Positions 1 through 13,900 of a stretch of DNA of 64,000 nucleotides are shown here, piece after piece. Numbering within the stretch: position 1 is the stretch's first letter; the number at the start of each line of letters is the position of its first letter. The notes under the pieces are model-generated. The model was given only the letters and a program-made list of their open reading frames with translations, was not told the origin of the DNA and did no database searches. Source of the stretch: the human T2T-CHM13v2.0 reference genome, Homo sapiens; assembly GCA_009914755.4 (NCBI GenBank), contig CP068257.2, forward strand, positions 24,160,001 to 24,224,000, read 5' to 3'. Position numbers and translations under genes: made by a program.

Positions 1-90
1 CGAGGCTGCAGTGAGCCATAATCACATTACTGCAACACTACACTCCAGCATGGGCAACAGAGTGAGATTTTTGTCGCAAAAAAAAAAAGT
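1..90 (+). mobile_element. Alu 3' end (right arm and poly-A), truncated by the window edge
   Basis: The sequence gaggctgcagtgagccat...cactccagcatgggcaacagagtgagat is followed by an A-run. Confidence 0.85.
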
Positions 91-385
91 AAAAGTTAAA
101 ACATAAAATAAATTTACTAGAAGGGTAGTTCAAGTACCAAGAATAATGAAAAATAAACCAAAATAAGACACATTATAGTAAAACTAGGAAAATTTAAGTT
201 ACTGGGAAAAAAGATTACCACATATTAATAACTGAAGTTATTATCAGCAAAGATAGATGCATAGAGTGAAATAGTATCTTAAATAACCTTAAAGGCCATA
301 ATTATTAGCCTAGTGTTTTATACCCAGAGAATGAGGGCTATACTAAGAGTTGGCCACAGATGTCTTCTTAATTAAAAACAATACT

Positions 386-1772
<1,387 letters not shown>

Positions 1773-2080
1773 TTTTATTTTTTATTATTTTTAGAAATAG
1801 GGTATATCACTTTGTCACCTAGGCTGGAGTGCAGTGGTGCAATCATAGCTCACTGCAGCTATGATTGAACCTGGGCTTAAGCCATCCTCCTGCCTCAGCC
1901 TCTCTAGTAGCCAGGACTACAGGTACGTGCCACCATGCCTGACTAATTTAAAAAATATTTTGTAGAAATGGAGGTCTCGCTATGTTGCCCATGCTGGTCT
2001 TGAACTCCTGGGCTCGAGCAGTCTTCTGGTCCTGGCCTCCCAAAGTGCTGGGATTACCTGTGTGAGCTATCATGCCCGGC
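1773..2080 (-). mobile_element. Alu, minus orientation
   Basis: It starts with poly-T then GAGATAGGGT..CACTTTGTCACCTAGGCTGGAGTGCAGTGG, and ends ...GGGATTACCTGTGTGAGCTATCATGCCCGGC. Confidence 0.9.
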
Positions 2081-2307
2081 AAAGTCAGTTTTTAAAACTA
2101 TTCATATGGCTGCAAACCTAAGAACTTACTTCAAAAGAATTCCCACAAAAGAATTAACAAAATTCTTAGAACTGAATGATAATTAAAGTAAGTATATCAA
2201 AATATATGGGATTCAAATATTCACATTAATTTCTAACTTTAAATGCACTCGTTTAAAAAAGAAACAAGAAAGAAATGAGTGAAGAAGGTGTCTCAAGAGC
2301 TAGATAA

Positions 2308-2612
2308 GGCTGGGTGTGGTGGCTCATGCTGTAATTCCTGTACTTTGGGAAGCCAAGGTGGGAGGATGGCTTGTCCGCAGGAGTTTGAAATCAGCCTGGT
2401 CAACATAATGGGACCCCCCCACCATCTCTAGCCCCCCCCCCCCGAATTGTTTTTAATTAGCTAGGTATGCTGGCCTGCACCTGTAGTTCCAACTACTACT
2501 GAGGTTGAGGTGGGAGGATCACTTGAGCTCAGCTGTGAGGTTGAGGCTGCAATGAGTTGTGATAGCATCACCATACTCCAACCTGGGTGACAGAGCAAGA
2601 CTCTGTCTCTTA
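2308..2612 (+). mobile_element. Alu, full length, with two unusual poly-C runs in the linker
   Basis: It starts GGCTGGGTGTGGTGGCTCATG. A 9-bp TSD gctagataa sits at about 2299-2307 and about 2621-2629. C7 and C13 runs at about 2411-2445 replace the usual A-rich middle linker. Confidence 0.85.
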
Positions 2613-3195
2613 ACAAACAGCTAGATAAATGTAAGGAAACTATAAGAACAGAAATAAAGACAGAAATACAAATGAATGAGATAAAATAGGAAGGAATAGA
2701 AAGGGTCAAAAACGATTAGGATTAAGTAAAAGAGAACAAAAATATATGAAATTTAGAAATCATGAGTACTTTGAGCAATTTTATACCAATAAACCTGAAA
2801 AATTGTGCAACTGTAATTATCTAGGAAGAAAAGTATTAACAAACTCAAGAAAAATAGAAAAAAATTGATACCCATTTTAATTACACTGATATTATCAAAG
2901 CCTCCCTTGATAGGTGTTTCATGGACTCAAATATGTGTCTCAAATCTAATGGCAGATGCTGAAAATTGCAGGCAGGTTATTTAAGACAGTCATTTTACTC
3001 ATGAATAATTCTGTGTAGTTCTCTTTCCTCTGGAGAGAAGTAGAGGTTTTTCATTTAACAATGATTAATTTTTTTCTAGTTTATCCTGGGGAGTCTGGCT
3101 TGTTATAAACAATACTGGAGGAATAATTTTTTGGTAAATACCGTTTGTCTGCCAAATTGATGATCTCTTTAGAGAGTGTTTTTGTTGTCTGGTTG
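2613..3195 (+). mobile_element. Probable old L1 ORF2 fragment (continuation of 700-1772)
   Basis: It is AT-rich with L1-like words (aaacctgaaaaattgtgcaactgtaattatctaggaagaaaagtattaac). This is a weak match from memory. Confidence 0.35.
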
Positions 3196-3198
3196 GTG

Positions 3199-3552
3199 TT
3201 TTTTTTTGTTTTGTTTTGTTTTGTTTTTTTTTTTAAGAGATAGGGTGTCACTCTGTCACCCAGGCTGGAGTGCAGTGGTACAATCATGGCACATTGCAAC
3301 CTTGAACTTCTGGGTTTAAGCAATCCTCCCACCTCAGCCTCCTGTGTCACTAGGACTATAGATGCATGCCACCACACCCGGCTAAAATTAAATTTAAATT
3401 TAAATTTAAATTTTTAATTATTTTTTTTTTTGGTGGAGATGAGGGTCTCACTATGTTGCCCAAGCTGGTCCCCAACTCCTGAGTTCAAGTAGTTCTCTCA
3501 TGTTGGCCTCCCAAAGTGCTGGGATTACAGGCGTGAGCCACTGTGCCCAACC
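3199..3552 (-). mobile_element. Alu, minus orientation, with an internal (AAATTT)n microrepeat
   Basis: It has poly-T/(TTTTG)n, the Alu body, and ends GCCACTGTGCCCAACC. An (aaattt)5 repeat at about 3384-3416 lies in the A-rich linker. Confidence 0.85.
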
Positions 3553-3818
3553 AAGATAAATTCTTGACTGTGGAATTTCTAGATCAAAAGTTTCAGTGCA
3601 CTTACTGGTTGAGAAAACACCATCCCAGGCACCATCTCCCAGTGCTGCAGAGGGGAAGACTACATGGAGTTAGAACAGCTAGAGTTCCAGGACTAACCCC
3701 ACCCTGTCACACATCCTTTCTCACTTAGCTACTGCCAGAACACCAAACCCCTTCAATCTGTATGTCTAGTGAGATCATGTAATTTATTGTCTGAACTTGG
3801 ACATACACTAAACTGCAT

Positions 3819-4628
3819 GTCAGGATGACACATACATGCGGGGACAGCCTTGGGGGGTTTTGTCATCTTACTCATGACCCCTATTGTTCAAAGCACGTCT
3901 CCCATAAATCTGACTTGATCCTCTGTACCCCTGCCCCTACCACGCCCACACCCATATTTTTCACTGTGGCCTTCAGGTCTGCACACAGCAGATCTGCATA
4001 CATTCGGTCTCTTTGCGAAATGTTTCTTTTGCTTCCTGAATTCACCAGAAATGCAGCTCTCCGTTGTGAACACTCTTCTCCCTTTGACTTGGTGCTGCAT
4101 TTTAGGTGTTATTGACCGGGTTAAGGGATACGCAGAAACATTTCTGGGTGGGTCTGTGAGAGTGTTTTTGGAAGAGATTAGCATTCGAATCCACAGACTG
4201 AGTAAAGAGGATCTGTCCTCATCAATATGGGTGGACATTATTCAATCTGATGAAAGCAGGGATAGAATAAAAAGGTGGAGGAAGGGTGAATTTGCCCTCT
4301 CTTCTTGAGCTGGGGCATCTATCTTCTATCCTTGAACACTGGAGCTTCTGGTTCTCAGGCCTTCAGACTCTGGGACTTACATTACTGAGACCGCTGGTTC
4401 TCAGGCCTTTGACCTCAGATTGAGAGTAACACCGTCAGCTTCCCTGGCTCTCAGATCTTCAGACCAAGACTGAATGACACCACCAGCTTTCCTGGGTCTC
4501 CAGCTTGCACACAGCAGATCATGGGACTTCTCAGCCTCCATAATTGTGTCCAGTTCCTATAACAAATCCGCTGTTACATATCTTATACAAATCCTATTGC
4601 TTCCCTTCCTCTGGAGAACTTGACCAAT
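3819..4628 (+). mobile_element. LTR-like element (TG...CA termini), ERVL/MaLR-type; family name uncertain
   Basis: It starts tgtcagg and ends ..ccaatacaca. Internal ~40-bp sub-repeats of the form ctggttctcaggcctt[c/t]agac...gactg occur several times across 4330-4500, and it contains the ccataattgtgt motif. Confidence 0.4.
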
Positions 4629-4991
4629 ACACACCCTCTTCAGGGGAGCTATTTTTTCTCTTATACTCCTTGTATATCAGGGTGAGAATATAAAATTCAA
4701 AGGCTTCCTTCTTGCATTTCACTGCTATTTCCAGACCATTTATCCATCTTTTTGGGGCTGGGGAGTTGGGGGAAGGAAAGATTTCACTCTATCTTTGAGG
4801 CTTAGACTACCTGACTTGAAATATTCCCTCCTCTTTATGGCTGTTGTCTGGTGGCATCCCTACCACTCCTCCTCATGGCTGAGGATCGACTGTCAGCTAT
4901 AAACATTTATCTCTACATAGACTGCCATCACAATGACCAGCAACTTCAACAATTAACATGATAGATTGGCTCTTTGATAGTATTATGTAGT

Positions 4992-5295
<304 letters not shown>

Positions 5296-5779
5296 ATAAT
5301 ATTATGTAGTTACTGTTATTCATTTTACATTTGATAATGTAGTGTGGAAGTTTTTTCAAAGAGTCCCTTTAAAAATTAGATGCCAATCTGATATATTTAC
5401 ACATATAAGCATGTGAGTGTCTGGATTTGCTTCCAATGGTAAAGGAAGATTGGCCATGAGTTGATAATGACTAAGATGGGTGATGTATGGATGGAGGTTT
5501 ATTATGCCCTCTCTACTTTTTATGTTTAAGGGTTCCGTAACAAAACAGCAAATGAATCTGGGTGTTCCAAACCACCATGAGCTCTTTTTTCCTTGACTGC
5601 TACTCCCATGGAATCACTCAGTGTCATAGTCAGACTTAACCTTGTCAGCCCAGAAATTACCACCTCCAAAATTCCCATGTCATGCCTCTCATTCTCACAG
5701 CACTACTGCCTGTATTTCAAGCTCCCTTACTTATTCTAGGAAATTCCAGCATTCTCAACCTCATTAAGAGTTCCATTTT

Positions 5780-6076
5780 GGCTGGGCATGGTGGCTCACG
5801 CCTGTAATTCCAGCACTTTGGGAGGCCGAGGCAGGCAGACCACTTGAGGTCAGGAGTTTGAGACCAGCCTGGCCAACATGGTGAAACCCCATCTCTACTA
5901 CAAATACAAAAATTTGCCAGGTGTGGGGGTGGGTGCCTGTAGTCCCAGCTACTTGGAAGGCTGTGGCAGGAGACTCGCTTGAACCTGGAAGGCAAAGGTT
6001 GCAGTCAGCCGAGATGCCACTCCAGCGTGGGTGACAGAGCCAGATGACAATGTCTCAAAAAAAAAAAAAAAAAAAT
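5780..6076 (+). mobile_element. Alu, full length
   Basis: It starts GGCTGGGCATGGTGGCTCACGCC and has an A19 tail at about 6058-6076. Confidence 0.9.
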
Positions 6077-7233
6077 TTTTTTTTAAAAGTGCTCCATTTC
6101 ATTGACCCAACCACCACATTCTCTCTTGTTCCTCATCCCCTTTGTGTATTCATTTGCCTCCTCGTCTAGCTTAAATGATGTTGAAAATTCTTGCCACGTC
6201 TTCAACTCCCTTGCTTTTTTTCTTTCTGACATACTTGACTAAGGAAATTCTGACAGTTGAAGTCTACTGTCTGCCATCCTGGGACCAGTGGTTGAGCAGC
6301 TGAACATTTTTAGGAGAAATTCACCCAAATGGGCTGACTTATTTATCTTTAAATTCATGTTTACAACATTTGAACTGGCATTCAACACTGTCCAGTAACC
6401 TACCAAAATTTTCCTAATGTCTGCCTACCAAGATGACTAATTCATCAGCCTCTCCTCTTTCATCAATCCTGTTGCCCACCAATTATAGCTGATGATATCC
6501 TTCGCGCATCACTAAAGTGATAAAATTAATCTGAGAGAAATATTTTACTTTCTGATTAACTAAATCTTCAAACCTCTTACATCTGCATTCCCTTCTTCCT
6601 ATCTATTCTTTCCTTTCCCTAAATAACAATTTCTCCACATGCTGTCAGAACAATTTTCCTTCCCAGGAACTTAGCTTCTTTGATGGTCTGCACTCTGTCT
6701 GCATTACTAGTCTACTAGTTTACACTGGATCATTCCCACCAGGGCCTAGGCTAGCTGGGACTTCTCAAACTGAAATTTGCACATGAGTCATCTGGAAGTC
6801 TCATAAAAATGAAAATTATGATTCAGTAGGTCTGGGGTGGGGCCTGCAATTCTTCATTTCTCAAAAACTCCAAGCTAATGCATGGGTTCATGCATCTCAT
6901 TCTTTGAGTAACAAGGCTTTAGTGCATTTTAGAATCCAAGTAACAGGTGTACATATGGTAGAAGTACAAGCAGAAGTGATATGAGAAGTACCAAGCACAG
7001 CACAGGTATCAAGCCTCAAAAGAAAAACAGGCCATATCTCTGCAGAAGCAAGCACCTTAGGGCCTTCTGCTAGGTCCAGGTCGAACTGTTTAGTGTGCAG
7101 ATTATGAACTGGTCCAGAACTGTCCAGTGGCAGTTGTGGGGATTGGGGAGCTTAGAGCAGTGGATTTTAACAACTGTGCTTGAGTATTTCAACAATCAGT
7201 AATTTGTACCAGTATGTACCAGCTGAATGCAGC

Positions 7234-7646
7234 AAATATGGTTTGGATATTCATCTCCAAATCTCATGTTGAAACGTGATCCCTAGTGTTGGAGGTGGGG
7301 CCTAGTGGGAGGTGTTTCAGTCATGGGGGCAGATCTCTCATGAATAGGGGTGCTGTCCTCATGGTAATGAGTTAATCCCTCTGTGAGTTCACATGAGATC
7401 TGGTTGTTTAAAAGTGCCTGGCACCCCCTCCCTCTCTCTCTCGCTTTCTCTCTCACAGTGTGATGCTCCCGATCCTCCTTCACCTTCCATCATGATTGTA
7501 AGCTTCCTTAGTCCTTGCTACTAGCAGATGCTGGCGCCATGCTTCTCATACAGCTTGCAGAACCATGAACCAAAATAAACCTTTTTTTTTTAAATAAACT
7601 ACCTAGTCTGAGATATTCCTTTATAGTGATACATAACTAAGACAGC
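7234..7646 (+). mobile_element. Solo MaLR LTR (MST/MLT-type)
   Basis: It starts ..atatggtttggatattcatctccaaatctcatgttgaaacgtgatccc, contains ...ccatcatgattgtaagcttcc, and ends ...tttatagtgatacataactaagacag. This matches the THE1/MST LTR architecture. Confidence 0.6.
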
Positions 7647-7845
7647 AATCTTTATGTCATATGACAAATTTTAGAAGAAATTAACAAAATATTCAGAGAG
7701 ACAGCTCTGAGCTCAAGTTGGGAAGAATATTCTTACAGTGCCAACCAAAAGTGAAGTGGGCTGAGTGAAAAATAATTTCCTATTCCTGAAAGGATTTAAT
7801 CCCAAGTGAAGTATTTGTCACAGAATACATAGAGAATTGTTTGGG

Positions 7846-8393
7846 TTACAGAAAAGGGGTCCAGATCCAGACCTCAAGAGAGGATTCTTAGATCTCATGC
7901 AAGAAAGAATTCAGGGTGAGTCCACAGAGTAAAGTGAAAGAAGTTTATTAAGAAAGTAAAGGAATAAAAAAATGGCTACGCCACAGAGAGAGCAGCCCTG
8001 AGGGCTGCTGGTTGCCCATTTTATAGCTATTTCTTGATGATATGCTAAACAAGGCATGGATTACTCATGCCTCCCCCTTTTAGACCATATAGGGTAACTT
8101 CCTGACATTGCCATGACATTTGTAAACTGTCATGGCATTGTGGGAAGGTAGTAGTGATGATGACCAGAGGTCACTCTCATCGCCATCTTGGTTTTGGTGG
8201 GTTTTAGCCAGCTTCTTTACTGCAAGCTGTTTTATCAGCAAAGTCTTTATGACCTGTATTTTGTGCTGACCTCCGATCTCATTCTGTGACTTAGAATGCC
8301 TTAACCAACTGGGAAGGTAGCCCAGTAGGTCTCAGCCTCATTTTACCTGGTTCCTATTTAAGGTGAAGTTGCTGTGGTTCACACCTCTCTGAC
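7846..8393 (-). mobile_element. Solo ERV1-class LTR, minus strand, same family as 28949-29583
   Basis: The reverse complement begins tgtcagagagg and contains ...aaacccaccaaaaccaagatggcgatgagagtgacctctggtcatc...gttaccctatatggtctaaaa...ctgtaac. No PBS-like sequence follows. Confidence 0.5.
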
Positions 8394-8689
8394 ATTTGAA
8401 CTAGATAATTTAAGATTCCTTGAAACCTTAGATTCAATGAGTTCTACTCCAGTAGAGAACTATTATCACTCCAGTGTCATCTTAAAAAAAAAATCTAAAA
8501 CTCAATTGGACTTCAAATTGCAGTTTACTTGACGTCACAGTTTACAGACTGTTCAGATTTTTTCAGAAAGAAAAATTTTAAAATATTTAATGGATCAAAA
8601 ATAGATATTCTTTCCCAATCTTTCTAATTCTTTTCTAATTTTCTTTTTCTTTCCTTATTGCACCTAATAAGTAAATTTTTCAAGAGCAT

Positions 8690-9207
8690 AGAAAAACAGT
8701 CAATAAACAAAAATCAGTTTCTGAAGACTCGTGGTAAACAGTTGGAAAGTGAAATTATGATAAAGAAAAACATTTACAAGCAAATGCAGCCAGAACATGA
8801 TATACTTAGGGATAAGCTGAACAAAATACATGTAAGACCTGTTTGTATACCCAAAACTACAAAATAGTGCTTGAAGAAGTAAAAGAAGACATAAATAAAT
8901 GGAAAGATATACCATGTGATTGGAAGATTTAATATTGCTTAGATGACAATTTTTCCCAAATTGATCTATAGATTCAATGCATCCCTGATCAACATTGTAT
9001 AGGCTTTTTTTTTCAGTAGAAATTTGAGCTGATTCTAAAATTTATGTGAAAATACAAAATACCTAGAATACCCGGGGCAATTTAGAAATAGATGAACAAA
9101 ACTGGAAGACTTACACTACCCAATTCCCAACCTACCTTCATCATGACTGTGACATTGGAGTAAGACTCAATGGACTAAAATAGAGAATCTAAAAACCTTG
9201 CTTATAT
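8690..9207 (+). mobile_element. Old L1 ORF2 fragment (copy A, part 1)
   Basis: The sequence ..aaaactacaaaatagtgcttgaagaagtaaaagaagacataaataaatggaaagatataccatg..attgatctatagattcaatgcatccc matches the L1 ORF2 mid region. Confidence 0.6.
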
Positions 9208-9217
9208 GGTCAATTAA

Positions 9218-9507
9218 ATTTTTTTTCTCTTTTTTTTGAGACAGTGTCTCACTCTGTTGCCAAGGCTGGAGTGCAGTGGCACCATCTCGGCCCACTGCAA
9301 CATCCACCTCCTGCGTTCAGGCAATTCTCCTGCCTCAGCCTCCTGAGTCGCTGGGATTACAGGTGCGTGCCACCATGCCTGGCTACTTTTTTGTATTTGT
9401 AGCAGAGACGGGGTTTCACCATGTTGGCCAGGCTGGTCTTGAACTCCTGACCTCATGATCTGCCCACCTCGGCCTCCCAAAGTGCTGGGATTACAGGCAT
9501 GAGCCAT
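9218..9507 (-). mobile_element. Alu inserted into L1 copy A
   Basis: It runs from poly-T to GGCCAGGCGCGATGGCTCATGCC (reverse complement). TSD gtcaattaa[a/t]tt is at about 9208-9219 and about 9509-9520. Confidence 0.9.
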
Positions 9508-9521
9508 CGCGCCTGGCCAGT

Positions 9522-9988
9522 CAATTAATTTTTGACAAAGTTGCTAAGAAAATAAAATGGGAGAATAATAGTTTTTTCAACAAATGGTACTGGAATAATT
9601 GGGTATCTGTATGGACAAAACTGAGCCTCAATCATGGTATCACACCATACGTGAAAATTAACTAAGTAAATCATTAAATATAAAAGTTAAAACTTCTAAA
9701 AGAAAACTTCTAAAACAATCTTGAAGTGGAGGCAGATTTCTTAGAACATGAAAATTGCTATAACCTATATAAATGTGTAAATAAATGGGACTTTATGCAA
9801 ATTAAAGAGTGTCTATCTTTTGAAAAACTATGTCAAGAAACCGAAAAGGCAAGCCACAGTCTGGGAGAAAATTGCAATATATTTTTCTGACAAAGAACTT
9901 GCATCCAGAATATACAAAGAACTCGAACTCAATGAAAAGTCGACAAAATATTCGAACAAACATTCCAATAAGACGATATAAAAATGAC
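9522..9988 (+). mobile_element. Old L1 ORF2 fragment (copy A, part 2)
   Basis: The sequence aaagttgctaagaaaataaaatgggagaataatagttttttcaacaaatggtactgg...aaggcaagccacagtctgggagaaaattgc matches L1 ORF2. Confidence 0.6.
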
Positions 9989-10235
9989 CGGCTGGGCGTG
10001 GTTGCTCATGGCTGCAATCCCAGAACTTGTAAAGGCCAAGGTGGGTGAATCGCTCGAGCCCCAGAGTTTGAGACCAGCCTGGGCAATATAGGGAGACGTT
10101 GTCTCTACAAAAAATAAAAAATGAGGTGGGAATGTTGCTTGAGCCCGGGAGGTGGAGGCTGCAATGAGCCATGATTGTGCCACTACACTCCCTCCTGGGC
10201 GATGGGAGTGAGACCCTGTCATAAAAAAATAAATA
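9989..10235 (+). mobile_element. Alu with an internal deletion
   Basis: It starts GGCTGGGCGTGGTTGCTCATGGC, the middle is shortened, and it ends ..gagaccctgtcataaaaaaataaatag. Confidence 0.8.
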
Positions 10236-10581
<346 letters not shown>

Positions 10582-11307
10582 TCAGAAAATGGAGATTAAA
10601 GCCCTATTAAGATACCACTACACATCCTACCTCTGCGAGAATGGCCAAAATTAAAAAGACTGACAGTGCCAGTTTTGGTGAGAATGTGGAGTAACTGGGA
10701 CTTTCAGGTATTATTGGTGGGAGTGAAAATAGTATGGTACGCAAAGCTGCAATAATCAAAACAAAACTGGCATGGAGACAGACCATAGAGACTAGTGGAA
10801 TGGAATAGAAAAAACGGAAATAACCCCTGTCACATATGGTCAAATAATTTTTGACAAGGTTGCTAAGATCATTCAATGGGAAAAGGGCAGTCTTTTAAAC
10901 AAATGGTACTGGAAAAACTGGATGTCCACATGCATGACAATGAAATTGGTCCCTTACTTTACAACGTACACAAAAGTTAACTCAAAGCGGATCAAAGACC
11001 TAAACATAAGAGCTAAAACTATAAAACTCTTAGAAGAAATTATAGCAGAAAATTTTCATGATGTTAGGTTTGAAAATTATTTCTCGGATATGGCAATAAA
11101 AGTAAAAATAGATAAATTTGACTAAATTAAAATTTAAAACTTCTGTATATGCGTATGAATAGCCAAAATCAACAAATGAGGAAAAAGCAACTTACACAAT
11201 GAGAACATACTTACAAATCACATTTCTAATAAGGGGTTAATATCCATAATATACAGTATAAAGAACTCCTACAACTCAGCAAAGAAAACCAAACAGTCCA
11301 ATTTTAA

Positions 11308-11608
<301 letters not shown>

Positions 11609-12031
11609 ACACCTAGCCTTAGGGCAAATAATTTGAATGGACATTTCTCTAAAGATGTACAAATGAGCAACAAGCACAAAAAAGATGTTCAGTATTACTA
11701 ATCATTAGGGAGATACAAATGAAAACCACAAAGAGATACTACTATTAAAAAACCTGAAAATAGCAACTGTTGCTAAGGATGTGGAGGAACTGGAGAAATT
11801 CACTGTTGGTGGGATTGTAAAATGGTGCAGATGCTGTGGAAAACTATATTGTTTTCAAAACAAAGATTGAATATAAAATTACCATATGATCAAACCACTC
11901 CCCTTCTGGTTATACATCGAAAAGAATTGCAATCAGGGTCTCAATGAGATACTTATCCACCCATGTTCACAGCAGCATCATTTAAAATAGCCAAAAAGTA
12001 GAAGCTAACCCAAGCGTCCACTGGTGGATAA

Positions 12032-12503
<472 letters not shown>

Positions 12504-12712
12504 TAAATACTGTATGATTCCACTTATATCAGGTACCTCAAATAGTCAAATTCATAAAGACAGAAAATAGCATGATGGTTGCCAGGAGCTGGGGAATAGA
12601 GAGAATGGGAAGTTGTTTAATGGGTACAGAGTTTCAGTTTTGCAAAGTGAAAAGACCTTTGGAGATTGGTTGCACAGCAATGTGAATGTACTTAGTGCTA
12701 TCGAACTGTATA

Positions 12713-13018
12713 CAGTCATCCCTCAATATTTGTGCAAGATTGGTTCCAAGATCCTGCTCATTGCCAAAATCTGTGGATACTCAAATCCCTTATATAGAAT
12801 GGTAGTATTTGCATATAACCTCTGCACATCCTCCTATATACTTTAAATCATTTTTAGATCGCTTATAATACCCAGTACAATGTAAATGCTATGTAAATAG
12901 TTGTCAGACTGTGTTATTTGTATTAATTTTTTAATGTTGCATTTTAAAAAATATTTTGACTGCTCTGCATTCGGATGAATCTATGGATGTGGAGCCTGCA
13001 GTTACAGAAGGCCTACTG
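12713..13018 (+). mobile_element. TcMar-Tigger-type non-autonomous element (MITE; MER44-like from memory) inserted into the L1 3'UTR
   Basis: It starts CAGTCATCCCTC..., contains ..ccaaaatctgtggatactcaaatcccttatata..gcatataacctctgcacatcctcc..tactttaaatcat..gcttataatacc.agtacaatgtaaatgctatgtaaatagttgt..., and ends ...ggcctactg. A TA dinucleotide lies on both flanks (12711-12712 and 13019-13020), and the L1 3'UTR resumes immediately after. Confidence 0.5.
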
Positions 13019-13059
13019 TACTTAAAAATGGTTAAGATGGTTACTTTTATGTTAATTAA

Positions 13060-13129
13060 TTTTTAAAAATTAATTTTGAATAGTATGGTACAACCCCTTT
13101 GGAAAACACATTGGCACTTTTTTATAAAG

Positions 13130-13161
<32 letters not shown>

Positions 13162-13900
13162 AGAATCTTGCTCTGTTGCCCAGGCTGGAGTGCAGTGGCA
13201 TGATCTCAGCTCACTGCAACCTCTGCCTCCTGAGTAGCTGGGACTACAGGCCTGCACCACCACACACAGCTAATTTTTCTGTTTTTAGTAGAGATGAAGT
13301 TTCACCATGTTGGCCAGGCTGGTCTCGAGCTCCTGACCTCAAGTGATCTGCTGCCTCTGCCTCCCAAAGTGCTGGGAATTATAGGCCAGAGCCACGCGGC
13401 CGGCCTCTTTTCTATAAAATTAAATGTACACTTTCCATAATATCCAGAAACTCCATTGCTACACTTTTACCCAAGATAAATAAAAACATGTCCTCAAAAT
13501 GACTTGTATGCAAATGTTCACAGCAGCTTAATTAATAGCCCCAAATTGGAAAGGGCCATCAATAAGTAAATGGATAAGCAAATTGTGATATTTATACAAT
13601 GAAATACTTTTTAGCAATACAAAGGAATGAGCTATTGACACATACAACATGGGTGAATTTTTAAAATATTATGCTGAGTGAAAGAAGCCAAAACGAAAAA
13701 GTACTTACTGTATTATTCCATTTATACAAAATTCTAGAACAGGCCAAACTAATCTGTAAAGGTGGAAAGCAGATCGTGTCAAAGGGAGAAAACAAAATTG
13801 ACCCAAAGGGCATGAGACGGGGGTGATAGAAATGTTCTGTATTTTAAGTGTGTTGGGGGCCATGTCTGCACGCAGTTTTGGAGCAAGCAAGCAATACTCT
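13060..13900 (+). mobile_element. Third old L1 fragment (copy C, ORF2 end plus 3'UTR), split by the Alu at 13130-13403
   Basis: ggtacaacccctttggaaaacacattggcac matches the L1 region ggtgcagccactgtggaaaacagtttggcag. After the Alu it continues ..atgttcacagcagc..attaatagccccaaattggaaa...aatggataag...atgctgagtgaaagaagccaaa. Confidence 0.55.
13130..13403 (-). mobile_element. Alu (with a small internal deletion) inserted into L1 copy C
   Basis: It runs from poly-T to ..GGCCAGAGCCACGCGGCCGGCC. TSD tttt[t/c]tataaa is at 13118-13129 and 13404-13416. Confidence 0.85.

Noticed and set aside
6700-6930. Segment with the motif gattcagtaggtctggggtggggcctgcaattcttcatttctcaaaaactccaagctaatgc
   Set aside because: I recognise this as a fragment of an ancient mammalian interspersed repeat (MER/hAT-type by memory) but cannot place the family or boundaries. 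It is not reported as a feature.
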